This document shows, piece by piece, positions 28,109-37,569 of a stretch of 53,025 nucleotides of DNA (its first letter is position 1; each line of letters starts with the position of its first letter). The position numbers and the translations under genes are program-made. Under the pieces are notes generated by a model that saw only the letters and a list, made by a program, of their open reading frames with translations, did no database searches and was not told the origin of the DNA. Source of the stretch: an uncultured Candidatus Saccharibacteria bacterium (lineage in GTDB: Bacteria; Patescibacteriota; Saccharimonadia; CAILAD01; JADZBC01); assembly GCA_964413715.1 (NCBI GenBank), contig CAYPSN010000002.1, positions 66,850 to 119,874 of the forward strand, read 5' to 3'.

Positions 28109-29209
28109 CTAACCCCTATTATACTCCTTACTCGTCACGACTTGCTGAGTAAAGAGGTAAAGCCAACCAAAACAAATACCAAAGCAGCCAAGTTCGAATG
28201 AAGTTAAACTCAGGTAGCCAACACGGGCATAAAGTACGTACGCACCGACGAGGCTAGCCAAAATAGCATATGACAGCACCATAAATTGCCTGGAAGCACT
28301 TGGCAGCAGCCACTTGAGCAGACCGATCATTACACCAAAACTGATGGCCACCAGACCTGCCGAAAAAACATGCATGAAAGCCTTATACGAGTCGGGCGTG
28401 TATGGAAAAAGCCCTACACCAGCCAAGCCCAGTGCAGCTATAATCATAAAAACCTGCACCGTCCGCAGTCGGTTTTTAGAAGAATCATTACTACTAACAA
28501 ACACCTCCTTGGCGTCTGAGATTACCTGGCGAGCCAGTACCACTAAGGCGAAGCCAGACAAAATAAGCGTGAGGTTAAAGATATAATATGATGCAGTCGC
28601 TTTTTGCGTAGCTTGACCGAGCGTGCTAAAGTTCGCCTGCCACCAGTCGGGTTCCTGCGTGGTTAGCATACTTACAATCACTCCACCGACCAAGAAAAGA
28701 CCTATTACATTCACGGTTTGTTTGCTAGAAATTCGAGCAGTCAATCGACTCATGACATAAGACGCAATACCGACGCTTAACCCAATTAAAAATGATGCGG
28801 TGTATTGGTCCAAACTCAGACCAATAAACGAATTAGCAAATATTCGAGCCGACCATATGCTGATTGCCCCAGCGGCCAACATATACACTATCCCCAAGCT
28901 GAGAGCATCCACAGCCACCACCCAACGACGCCGGTACATGCTGGCATCGACTCGTCGTGGACTAAATTGCCTTATGTATTGCCACACGAACATTGCAAGC
29001 ACCACCAACATAATAAGTGGTGTTACATAGAGTGCGATTGATGGGCGACCAGTGATGGCCAAGGCGGCACCGCCATTAAAAAACTGATTAAGAACTAATA
29101 CAATTATAGCCACTACAGGAGTGGCTATAAGGAGTAAATTCAATGAATTGTTTTCGGTTTTTCGACTATCAGCCGTAGTACTAACTGCTTTTTTTGCTCC
29201 TGTAGTCAC
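28109..29209 (-). CDS. Polytopic membrane protein (366 aa)
   Basis: About 10 hydrophobic helices. Confidence 0.55.
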   Translation of the reverse strand: MTTGAKKAVSTTADSRKTENNSLNLLLIATPVVAIIVLVLNQFFNGGAALAITGRPSIALYVTPLIMLVVLAMFVWQYIRQFSPRRVDASMYRRRWVVAVDALSLGIVYMLAAGAISIWSARIFANSFIGLSLDQYTASFLIGLSVGIASYVMSRLTARISSKQTVNVIGLFLVGGVIVSMLTTQEPDWWQANFSTLGQATQKATASYYIFNLTLILSGFALVVLARQVISDAKEVFVSSNDSSKNRLRTVQVFMIIAALGLAGVGLFPYTPDSYKAFMHVFSAGLVAISFGVMIGLLKWLLPSASRQFMVLSYAILASLVGAYVLYARVGYLSLTSFELGCFGICFGWLYLFTQQVVTSKEYNRG

Positions 29210-29227
29210 GGCTTCGAATCCTTTGCC

Positions 29228-29770
29228 TTACGCCTTGGCGAGCTTTTTAGCATCAAGCGACAGCGCAATGACAACTGGGCCCATAATGAGCGCGTACAAA
29301 CCTACGAGCCAAACGAAAGTCACACCTGCAGCAGCTGGTTGGAACAATAGGAAAATTCCTACTACGACACCAAGCAAACCGCCGATTATTGCCAGAGTCT
29401 TAGCACTCGCAAGCGTGTCAGAAGTTAGTGCGATCACTACTTCGGCAACACCGCGAACGATAAAGCTAAAGCCAAGCAATAGTATAAGAGTTGCGAATGT
29501 CACTTGTGGATGACGCACCAAGTAAAGGCCCAAGCCCAATTCCACTAAGCTTATCAAAAGTGCTGTGACCCAGCCTTTTTTACCCATAGACACCAGGCTC
29601 GTAACTGCCCCAACAATACCACCAACCAACAAAAATACACTAAATAAGTATACAAACGTTACGAGCGTAAGCCCTGGCCAAAACACCGCTGCTAGCCCAA
29701 AGAGCAATAAGGCCACGCCGCGGAGCGTCAAAAGCCACCAATTTGATTCTAATTTTTCTATCCCGTTCAT
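29228..29770 (-). CDS. HdeD/DUF308-like membrane protein
   Basis: WWLLTLRGVALLLFGLAAVFWPG repeat pattern. Confidence 0.6.
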   Translation of the reverse strand: MNGIEKLESNWWLLTLRGVALLLFGLAAVFWPGLTLVTFVYLFSVFLLVGGIVGAVTSLVSMGKKGWVTALLISLVELGLGLYLVRHPQVTFATLILLLGFSFIVRGVAEVVIALTSDTLASAKTLAIIGGLLGVVVGIFLLFQPAAAGVTFVWLVGLYALIMGPVVIALSLDAKKLAKA

Positions 29771-29874
29771 AATCCCTACCTCACATTATTACTACCTGCA
29801 TTCTATGCCTGAGCGAAAACCAGTGTCAAGCAAACTAATTTACATAATGATAATTACGGGTCTATAATGCGAGT

Positions 29875-30204
29875 ATGAAAGATCGCAAAACCGCAAGCAT
29901 ACTATTTGGTGTAGTCATTATCGTGTTTGGATTCATCTTCCTCCTTACCGCCCTCAACACAATTAAGACTACCTACGACCCAACCCCGTGGTGGCCAGCT
30001 CTACTCATTTTCGCTGGCGCATTATCAGCCGGTAGCGGCAACATCGCCATCCCATTCGGTATGCTGTCGGCAGGTGCAATCCTGTTAGCTCGCAACCTAG
30101 GCCTCTTTGCCTCCAACTCACCACTAAGCGGAATCTTACTTGTTCTTGTAGCGCTTGGTGTTCTTGCCATTGCCGCCTCGCCCAAAAGCAAACCTAGCGA
30201 ATAA
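29875..30204 (+). CDS. Small membrane protein (109 aa)
   Basis: Three to four hydrophobic helices. Confidence 0.5.
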   Translation: MKDRKTASILFGVVIIVFGFIFLLTALNTIKTTYDPTPWWPALLIFAGALSAGSGNIAIPFGMLSAGAILLARNLGLFASNSPLSGILLVLVALGVLAIAASPKSKPSE

Positions 30205-30657
30205 TTACTTATCTTTTTTCTTCGACTGAGCGTCTAGCTGCTCTTTACGCAAACGCAGCTTCTTGAGCTGTCGAATACTTGGCACAGGCAAATCTCGAAT
30301 ACTCAAATCAGGCTGCTCTTTCTTAGAAAGTCCCAACTGCGCCATGCCAACTGCGGCACCGATCGTCAGCCAAGTTGCTGAGTAGGCAAAACTTTTATTA
30401 AAAGCCTTACCAAGTCGCTCTGCGGTAGCCAGCGAATAAACGAAGCCAACATACGGCACCAGAGCAAAGAAAAACCACTTGCGCGGCAGGCCAACCGAAC
30501 CCATCAGTGTCATAAAGTTATAACCAGGTACAAATGCTGGCCACCAAGCAACTTGGAGCTTTTTAAAGACTAATGCTAAGCAGAAACAATACCATAGGTA
30601 CAGCAGAAACAATATGAGTACAGCACCAATGCCGGCAGTAACTATGACTTCTTTCAT
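30205..30657 (-). CDS. DUF5684-like membrane protein
   Basis: Hydrophobic N-terminal half and K-rich tail. The family call is from memory. Confidence 0.45.
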   Translation of the reverse strand: MKEVIVTAGIGAVLILFLLYLWYCFCLALVFKKLQVAWWPAFVPGYNFMTLMGSVGLPRKWFFFALVPYVGFVYSLATAERLGKAFNKSFAYSATWLTIGAAVGMAQLGLSKKEQPDLSIRDLPVPSIRQLKKLRLRKEQLDAQSKKKDK

Positions 30658-30674
30658 GCTTCTATACTAACACC

Positions 30675-31451
30675 CTAGGGGCGTAGAGTGCCAAAGAAGA
30701 CTTGCCATGCCAGTGCCGACTTGGCGACTAGGCTCAAAATAATGTAAGCGCGCTCTCCATACATATAGTCTTTCCACTTGCCAATGCCTTTGTATTGCAA
30801 AAACATGTTGAGTGCAAAGCAGTTGAAGAAGATGAAGATTGAAACGTAAATCCAATATACGAAGGTTGGAATATCGCCATTGCCGTAGGTGCTCGTAGCC
30901 CAGAACGATACTCCGACAATCACCCAAGGAATAATGCCGGCGATACAGCCAATGACGTAACTGAGCCAATTGGTTTTTTCGGTTGTTTGGTTGTGCACTT
31001 CCATAACGAGGCCAAGTAGATTCATAACCGCGACTAATCCAAATATGCCGATAAGTAATGACAGATCGTAAATTCCTACTAAAAGCGCAATCGCCACCAT
31101 CATAGTACTAGCCGAAAGCGAATATTCGATCCAGCGGGCACGATTAATTCCCGACGATAGGCCTTTGTTGTAGCGCTTGTTGTAAACCGTAGCGATAATC
31201 AAGTGAGCCAATGACGACATCGCCAAAAACGCCACCACCAAGTAGGCCAGTGGAACGTTAAAGAGAGTCTTGGTAGCCGGAATCAAGCTCTGGGTTTTAA
31301 CCTCGAAGTTTAAAAAGCTCGTTGTTACTGGTAGCGTAAAGTCCTTGCTTAAAAGCAAGATAGCCAGCGCCTGTACGGCATGCAGCGCAGCCATTTTTAG
31401 GTTAAACGACCGAAGTCCTGATTTTGTAATCTTTTTTGTTGCCACACTCAC
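30675..31451 (-). CDS. Heliorhodopsin
   Basis: 7-TM protein with RWIEYSLSAS (counterion Glu region), CIAGIIPW, and C-terminal GERAYIILSLVAKSALAWQVF carrying the Schiff-base Lys. Closely matches the heliorhodopsin family pattern. Confidence 0.85.
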   Translation of the reverse strand: MSVATKKITKSGLRSFNLKMAALHAVQALAILLLSKDFTLPVTTSFLNFEVKTQSLIPATKTLFNVPLAYLVVAFLAMSSLAHLIIATVYNKRYNKGLSSGINRARWIEYSLSASTMMVAIALLVGIYDLSLLIGIFGLVAVMNLLGLVMEVHNQTTEKTNWLSYVIGCIAGIIPWVIVGVSFWATSTYGNGDIPTFVYWIYVSIFIFFNCFALNMFLQYKGIGKWKDYMYGERAYIILSLVAKSALAWQVFFGTLRP

Positions 31452-31495
31452 CTCCTTGTTTAGGCCGATTATAACATAAGCGATGTGTAATAGGA

Positions 31496-32617
31496 TTAGC
31501 GTACGCTGTTATACGGAAGGCGGCGCTGGGGTTTTGTTAGTACTAACTGCCAGAGTTGAATGTGGCGAGCTTTAAAAGAAGCAGCGCACGAGAGCAAATA
31601 AAACTCCCACATACGATAAAATCGCTCACCATACTTGTCAGACAACTTCGGCCAAGCTTTTTTGAAGTTCTTATACCAAGCGAGTAGTGTCTTCTCATAG
31701 TCAGGGCCAAAATTATGTACATCTTCAATCACAAAGCTCTTTTCGCTCGCTTTAGCTAATTGCTTGATCGAAGGCAGCACAGCACCAGGAAATATGTAGC
31801 GATTAATCCAAGGCTCATTGGTGCTCGAAGACTTATTGTTGCCAATGGTGTGGAGCAAGAATATACCCTCGTCTTGCATAACCTCATTCACCTTGTCCAT
31901 AAAAGATTGATAGTTTTTCGGTCCAATGTGTTCCGCCATTCCAACCGACACCACCCTGTCGAATTTCTGACGCGTCGTGAATTCTCTGTAGTCCTTTTCC
32001 TCAACTTTTACTGGCATGTTCTTGGCGTGCTCTCGAATATATTTCGCCTGCTCACGCGCCGGTGTTATGCCAACTACTTCTACTCCATAGTTTTGCGCCA
32101 TGTGCATCGCCAGCCCGCCCCAGCCACAACCAATATCCAGAACTCTCATGCCTCGCTTCAGCTGAAGCTTCTGGCAGATCAATTCAAACTTAGCAACTTG
32201 CGCTTCATCAAGAGTTTTTGCATCTTTCCAGTACCCGCAGCTATATGCCATGGATGGCCCAAGCATTGGAATGTACAAATCGTTGCCAATGTCATAGTGC
32301 GCCCGAGCATTCTTGTAAGCCCGTCGCGTCGACTGTCGATTACGTAAACGCGCCCCCAGGTAGTCACGCAGTAGTTTAGCACTTGGTCGAATCCTCATGT
32401 CAGCACCAGCAGTGATAAGTCGATAAATAGTATCTTCCAGATCTTGACTCGACCACCATCCATCCATGTAGGATTCACCTACCCCGAGCGTGCCGTAGCC
32501 CAAAACCCTGCCATAGAATGCATCATTGTGCACCGTAATATCCCACTTGTTTTTGCCACCAAACTTCACGCCCGATGATCGGGTAAGTTGTTTTAGCTGT
32601 TGCTCTGCTGCCTGCAT
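31496..32617 (-). CDS. cfa: Cyclopropane-fatty-acyl-phospholipid synthase
   Basis: SAM motif VLDIGCGWGGLA. CMAS family length and C-terminal pattern. Confidence 0.85.
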   Translation of the reverse strand: MQAAEQQLKQLTRSSGVKFGGKNKWDITVHNDAFYGRVLGYGTLGVGESYMDGWWSSQDLEDTIYRLITAGADMRIRPSAKLLRDYLGARLRNRQSTRRAYKNARAHYDIGNDLYIPMLGPSMAYSCGYWKDAKTLDEAQVAKFELICQKLQLKRGMRVLDIGCGWGGLAMHMAQNYGVEVVGITPAREQAKYIREHAKNMPVKVEEKDYREFTTRQKFDRVVSVGMAEHIGPKNYQSFMDKVNEVMQDEGIFLLHTIGNNKSSSTNEPWINRYIFPGAVLPSIKQLAKASEKSFVIEDVHNFGPDYEKTLLAWYKNFKKAWPKLSDKYGERFYRMWEFYLLSCAASFKARHIQLWQLVLTKPQRRLPYNSVR

Positions 32618-32688
32618 AGCTACCTTTCATTATTGGCCATAATAATACACCCATTCTTCACGAAGAAAAAGAGCAAATTGAAGCTGGC

Positions 32689-33048
32689 TCAGCAGCGGCT
32701 GTCACCCCAAGCACTTAGGTCTTTGATCACCTTATGTAGAGAACGGCCCTTTTCTGTCAGTGTGTACTCAGCTCTTGGCGGAACTTCAGCATAAACTTTT
32801 TTTGCAATTATTCCGTCTTGTTCTAATTGAACCAATCTTGCAGTCAAAGTTCGTGGACTTACGCCTAATTCACTCTGCAATTCTCCAAACCGTTTTGTTC
32901 CACTCATAAGCCCATATAAGATCATAAGAGTCCATTTGCTACCGATAATTTCTAAAGATTTAGCCAGACCACAGTTAGCATAATCAATATTCGTAGTAGT
33001 TATAGGGGAGGATTTTGCCTGCATACTCCACATTATAGAGTGTGGCAC
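32689..33048 (-). CDS. HxlR-family winged-helix transcriptional regulator
   Basis: IIGSKWTLMILYGL...KRFGELQ...SPRTLTARLVQLEQDGII. Start uncertain (M1, M6 or M9). Confidence 0.8.
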   Translation of the reverse strand: MPHSIMWSMQAKSSPITTTNIDYANCGLAKSLEIIGSKWTLMILYGLMSGTKRFGELQSELGVSPRTLTARLVQLEQDGIIAKKVYAEVPPRAEYTLTEKGRSLHKVIKDLSAWGDSRC

Positions 33049-33114
33049 CAGCTTTTACTATCAAAAGTATACTTATGCTTATCAACCAGCCTTTGTTTAG
33101 CGTATAATACAGAT

Positions 33115-34623
33115 ATGAAACAGCCAAAATTACTCCGTGAGTTTGATGAAGCCAAAGACAAGGCACTTGAGGCCGCTCAAAAACTGAATGTGTACGCAGT
33201 AATTAGGTTCAATAAAAACGAGCGTATAGCGCTTAATTGGCAAAACGACGGCATAGAATCAGTCAGGATTAGTGCAAAAAATGGCGTTGGACTTTACGCC
33301 TTTACACCAAGCGGCCATGTCGGTTTCGCATCATCTAACGAAACATCACCAAAGAATGTTTGCAACTTAGTCAGTAGTGCCGCGGCTATTGCAAAGGCTA
33401 ACCAAAAAGCTGGCGCAGAGTCAGCCAAAGAAATGTTTGACTTGCCAGTGCAAGACAATGTCGGTGAAGACACACTGCATTATAGCGTTATCGAAGTAGC
33501 AGAGATTGATCAAGTCAGTCTGGCGAAATACGCTCGTACACTAGCCGACTTTGCCAAGAGCTGCGATACAAACATCACATCGACTGTAAATGTCAGTTAC
33601 GAGCAGGTCCAGTGGCGTATAGCCCGTAGTGATGGCACCGATGTAGACTTTGCTCTCCCCTACGCACGTGTCGCTATGAATATGACTTTACGTAAGGGTG
33701 AAACGTCTACACAGGGCTTTGTGCGACTATTTAATCCTAGCTTGAAGAAGCTTACTCAAAACATTGTAGCTGCAAAAAACGTAATCTCGCGAGAAGTAAA
33801 GATGATGAATGAACAGCTTGGAACGAAAGACGTTGCACAGCCCGGCACGGAACAGCCCATTTTAATTGCAGGTGATTTGGCGGGTACGCTTGTACACGAA
33901 GCCCTAGGTCACCCGGCTGAATCAGACGCCGTCGCAGAAAACTCTAGTGTGCTTGGCGATGAAAACAGCCGTTTCACAAAAGGAGAACAGGTTGCTGCCA
34001 AAGGCGTAACAGTGGTTGACCACGAAGAAGGCCTGAACCACGGCTTTCATCCGTACGGGGTTTTTGGCAATAAACGAGAGCCTGTGACCATTATTGATGA
34101 TGGTATTTTGCAAGAATCATTAAGTGATGTGTTTACAGCTGCTAAATCAGGTGTCAGCAACAAAAACACCGAGCGCAGCGAGGACTACAGCATGGTAGCT
34201 ATCCCACGTATGTCTACAACCTTCATCAAATTAGCACCCGAACTTCTTATAGACAAAGAGCTAGATAGTACAGAGCCTATTGCTGTTCAGAAGCTTCTAA
34301 AACAGCATGGTATTTTTAAGAAATATCCAAAGGTGCATTACCTTATTGGCTTCCGCGGCGGCTCTGTATTGCCCAAAACTGGCACTTTCATGTTTGGTTC
34401 CGGCTACACCTATGAACTCACGGCAAACAGTGTTCAGGCCGTTAAGCCAGCATCATTTAGCGGTGACGTGCTAGGCGCATTGCAAGCAATAGAGTTCGGA
34501 GCGGGCCAACTCACTACTGATGACTTTGGCTTCTGCGGCAAATCCGGCCAGCGCGCATTCGTAAGTGACGGCGGCCATGAATTGATATTCTTTAAGCCAA
34601 CAAAACATGTGGGAGTAGCTTAG
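33115..34623 (+). CDS. tldD: TldD-family metalloprotease
   Basis: HEALGHPAESD zinc motif. Start moved to MKQPKLL (ATG 33115), which lies 6 nt after TATAAT 33103-33108. Confidence 0.85.
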   Translation: MKQPKLLREFDEAKDKALEAAQKLNVYAVIRFNKNERIALNWQNDGIESVRISAKNGVGLYAFTPSGHVGFASSNETSPKNVCNLVSSAAAIAKANQKAGAESAKEMFDLPVQDNVGEDTLHYSVIEVAEIDQVSLAKYARTLADFAKSCDTNITSTVNVSYEQVQWRIARSDGTDVDFALPYARVAMNMTLRKGETSTQGFVRLFNPSLKKLTQNIVAAKNVISREVKMMNEQLGTKDVAQPGTEQPILIAGDLAGTLVHEALGHPAESDAVAENSSVLGDENSRFTKGEQVAAKGVTVVDHEEGLNHGFHPYGVFGNKREPVTIIDDGILQESLSDVFTAAKSGVSNKNTERSEDYSMVAIPRMSTTFIKLAPELLIDKELDSTEPIAVQKLLKQHGIFKKYPKVHYLIGFRGGSVLPKTGTFMFGSGYTYELTANSVQAVKPASFSGDVLGALQAIEFGAGQLTTDDFGFCGKSGQRAFVSDGGHELIFFKPTKHVGVA

Positions 34624-35906
34624 TGAAGCCGATTATTGAAACACTCTGTGAGCGTCTGGTCAAAGATACTGAAGTCCTCAAATACCAACTTAGCCATACT
34701 ACCAGCCAAGAACTGAGCGGTGGATTCTTAAACAATAAGCTAGGTGGAATTTATCGCCCAATTCAAGCACACAATGCTGCAAGGTTGGCGTATCAAATTG
34801 AGTTTAGTGACGGACAAGTTAGCAAGGGCGGTCTCCCCGCTAGTACTGAAATCGAGCAAATACTGCGGGTTATTCAGCAAGGCAAGCACTCACCTAGTGA
34901 GCCAATCGAGATTGCGCCTAAACAAAAGGTTCCTGCCGTCGAGCTCGTTGATCCAGACCTAAAGGCTAAAATACTACATGATCCGGCCTACGTTAGCACT
35001 AGCGTAAAACAGCTGCAGCAAGACACAGAGTCGAGCGCAATCGAAGACATCGAAGGTGAGATAGAACTTCGCCTTGGCACTACGCGTATCATGAATTCTC
35101 ATGGCCTCGATGTGTCATCCGAAGGCACACGTTACCATGCCTCAGTTGGCCTCAATAGCAGGGTTGGTTATTCGCACAATACGCGGCTGATTAAACAAGC
35201 GACTGGCATACTAAACTATTGTAGTCACTTTGAGCAAATCGCACTCGCTCTCGACAGCAAACCAGCTCAACTCGATTCCGGCACGTATCCAGTATTGTTT
35301 TCCGCTGGAACTGGCTGGGGAATCTTGAGTCAATTTCTGCGCCATAACCTCGACGGCTTCCAACTTAATGCCCGACAGAGTCGCTACACCTTAGACGACT
35401 TTTCTTCCAAGAAGCAAATTGCACACCCAGATTTTAGCTTACACTACGACCAAACATCCCCGATGGACTACCAAAGCTTCAAGTTCGATGGTGAAGGCGT
35501 AACAGCTCAAAAATTCACCCTTATTCAAGATGGTAAACTCACCGCACCTGTCTGCGACCTGAAGTCGGCTCGTCAATTAGGTTTCAAACCAAAATCTTTA
35601 GGTAGCCTAAAGACTAAAGTTGTTCAAGCAAAAACTTATGATGATTTCGTACACAATAATGAAACATTCTTGTTGGTTTTTGGTGTTTTGGGCCTGCATT
35701 CGGTTAACTCAGTAAGTGGTGACTATTCTCTGCCATCAGATAACGTGTTGTTGGTCAGAAATGGCAAAATTGAAGGGCCAATCAATGCAGTTCTCACAGG
35801 CAACTTTTTTGATAATCTGATGGAAACATCAACCCACTTCGTGAATGCATCGCATCTATTTGATTCGCCAGCTCTAACACTTAAGACTCAAGTAACCATA
35901 AAATAA
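34623..35906 (+). CDS. pmbA: PmbA/TldE-family protease partner
   Basis: GTG start overlapping the tldD stop by 1 nt. TldD/PmbA family length and C-terminal pattern. Confidence 0.75.
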   Translation: MKPIIETLCERLVKDTEVLKYQLSHTTSQELSGGFLNNKLGGIYRPIQAHNAARLAYQIEFSDGQVSKGGLPASTEIEQILRVIQQGKHSPSEPIEIAPKQKVPAVELVDPDLKAKILHDPAYVSTSVKQLQQDTESSAIEDIEGEIELRLGTTRIMNSHGLDVSSEGTRYHASVGLNSRVGYSHNTRLIKQATGILNYCSHFEQIALALDSKPAQLDSGTYPVLFSAGTGWGILSQFLRHNLDGFQLNARQSRYTLDDFSSKKQIAHPDFSLHYDQTSPMDYQSFKFDGEGVTAQKFTLIQDGKLTAPVCDLKSARQLGFKPKSLGSLKTKVVQAKTYDDFVHNNETFLLVFGVLGLHSVNSVSGDYSLPSDNVLLVRNGKIEGPINAVLTGNFFDNLMETSTHFVNASHLFDSPALTLKTQVTIK

Positions 35907-35918
35907 TCACAATTGGAG

Positions 35919-35946
35919 AAGGCCCAGAGTCGTAACCCTGGGCCTT
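35919..35946 (+). terminator. Hairpin after pmbA
   Basis: AAGGCCCAG...CTGGGCCTT. Weak U tract. Confidence 0.45.
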
Positions 35947-36091
35947 AAACCCTCCTGCGATGCCGGTCTACAACCAACTCAGATAGCCGTCGCATCGGCT
36001 AGTACACTATCCCCCTGTACTGGGGTCACTGCCATTATGTTGCCTGGCTGCAGTGAGGTGATTCTTTCAAATCTGCCACGGGCCAAGGCCC

Positions 36092-36409
36092 TCAGAACCG
36101 CGTGCTGCACTCCTTGGGGAGCATCAGCACGTCGCCCTTGTTGAACTTCTCCTTGCCGTAGACGCCGCTACGCTGGATGATGAGTCGCCGCCAGGCCTGG
36201 AGCGTCTCGCGCGCCGGTTTGGTCGTCTTGGCGAACTCATCGAGCGTCAGGGGCGTCTGGAGCGTCACCTTGGCCTGGCAGGCGTAGCGGTCGTTCAGCG
36301 AGTTGCCGTTCATGGCGTGGCTGACGGCTCCGCAGCTTGTCAGGACGAAGACGAGGAGCATTGCCGCAGTAACCGCGCGGCGCCGATGAGGGTTGATGTT
36401 GGTGTTCAT
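36092..36409 (-). CDS. GC-rich putative lipoprotein (105 aa)
   Basis: Start moved to MNTNINPHRRR. Signal peptide with lipobox LTSC (AAMLLVFVLTSCGA). Confidence 0.55.
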   Translation of the reverse strand: MNTNINPHRRRAVTAAMLLVFVLTSCGAVSHAMNGNSLNDRYACQAKVTLQTPLTLDEFAKTTKPARETLQAWRRLIIQRSGVYGKEKFNKGDVLMLPKECSTRF

Positions 36410-36798
36410 CTTTGAATGCACATAGATACACTCAAAGACGAACACCACTCACATGCTTCACCCCACCGCAGCACTCATCTACATAAGTGCTCTGGTAGGG
36501 CCACCGAGGATTTCTCCTCGATGGTACTCACCCTCCCGCGATACCGACTAGCTTTTTTTCACTAGTCGACTTCTGTTGCCAGGCCGTCGCTACGACCCCG
36601 GAAACCCTGTTAGGGAGTCCCCACCAAGACCGGCAGATCCGGAGTGAGTCCGAAGAGGACTCGCACCTTCTCCACCGGCGGCGGGACTGGTCCGAAGACC
36701 GTTCCAATTTCCCGTGCGTCGTCACCCGCAAGAACAAGCCAGGGATAACCCCGACTCACCCTTGGGGAACGGCCGCCCGGTGTGCGGTAGCACATCAT
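36410..36798 (-). ncRNA. Structured GC-rich non-coding segment immediately 3' of ssrA (tmRNA-related fragment?)
   Basis: No credible ORF. Many helices. 15-nt exact copy (36570-36584) of a tmRNA segment (36996-37010), flanked by a compensated helix (CGAC/GTCG versus CCGC/GCGG). Confidence 0.4.
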
Positions 36799-36799
36799 C

Positions 36800-37163
36800 G
36801 TGGAGCTGGAGGGAATCGAACCCTCGTCCACCAGGTAGCAAACTTACTCGCTACGACCATTCCTGGTTTTGAACTTTGCAGCAGTTCGAGGGCCAGGTCA
36901 CTTGTACTGTGCTTGCGCGCAGCCAGCTGCCAAGTCTTTCCTTGAAGTCACTGTACTTTCACAGTGTCAGCGGTCTATCCCTGCTGTCTTCTCCGCTTCT
37001 GTTGCCAGGCTGCGGTGAATCGGCCCCGAATCTAAGCTTTTTACGGCCCTTTTCGTAACCTTCGCTATCAGGCGGCGGTTATGAGTTTGCCCTGTTTTAC
37101 GAGTCTGAGCAACTCGGGTCGCAAGTAAGCTAGCTAGTCCCGATGTCGAAACCAGTCAGCCCC
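36800..37163 (-). ncRNA. ssrA: tmRNA (SsrA)
   Basis: 5' GGGGCUGACUGGUUUCGAC, 3' GGACGAGGGUUCGAUUCCCUCCAGCUCCA. Acceptor stem has a G3-U pair. Candidate tag frame GGC AAA CUC AUA ACC GCC GCC UGA UAG. Terminal CCA not fully encoded (CGA). Confidence 0.9.
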
Positions 37164-37172
37164 TAGGGCGCG

Positions 37173-37406
37173 TTACAGATAGCCAGCCAAGGTACGCGCA
37201 TCCTCGGCATCGTGGTGGTCCGACTGAGCGGCGGCACAGGCGTGCCCGGTCTCATGCCCGATGTCGAAACCAGCCTCGAAGATGAGGTACATCGTTTCCA
37301 TCAGCGACAGTCCCTGAGCTCGGGCTTCGACCAACAAGGCCTGAACCGTGAGCTCTACCGCTTCCTCGAAAACTTCTTCCGACATTTCCTCGGGGGTGAT
37401 GGACAT
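37173..37406 (-). CDS. Small acidic hypothetical protein (77 aa)
   Basis: ATG 37406 preceded by GGGAGGAAGG. Stop lies 9 nt before the tmRNA 5' end. Confidence 0.5.
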   Translation of the reverse strand: MSITPEEMSEEVFEEAVELTVQALLVEARAQGLSLMETMYLIFEAGFDIGHETGHACAAAQSDHHDAEDARTLAGYL

Positions 37407-37515
37407 AAGCCTTCCTCCCACGCTATGGAGTTGCGATTCAACTCCCCGGCGGGAGGCATCCGCCTCTTACCTCCGGCTGAGGAGTTGAATGGTGTGCGGC
37501 TTGTAAAAGTGCTCT

Positions 37516-37569
37516 GATAGTTTCGTCGTTTCCGACTCATCAGCCCGGACATACATCCGAGGACTATCC
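37516..37569 (-). ncRNA. Type III hammerhead ribozyme (HH6)
   Basis: Minus strand: GGAUAGU-C, stem I CUCGGA-UGUAUG-UCCGGG, CUGAUGA, stem II GUCG-GAAA-CGAC, GAAA, CUAUC. Cleavage predicted after C at 37562. Confidence 0.8.

Noticed and set aside
36410-36798. Possible RNase P RNA (GCAACAGAAG resembles the conserved J11/12 element). The same question arises for 38914-39346 (GGGGGAAGUCAUGGG versus GAGGAAAGUCCGGGC)
   Set aside because: Neither region has a convincing P4 pair (GGAAAGUCC with ACAGAANNNGGCUUA) or the GGUAAGGGUGAAAGGGUG element. The class is left open and no RNase P call is made.
36610-36831. 73-aa ORF overlapping the tmRNA 3' end
   Set aside because: It overlaps the T-arm and acceptor of ssrA and has no RBS, so it is spurious.
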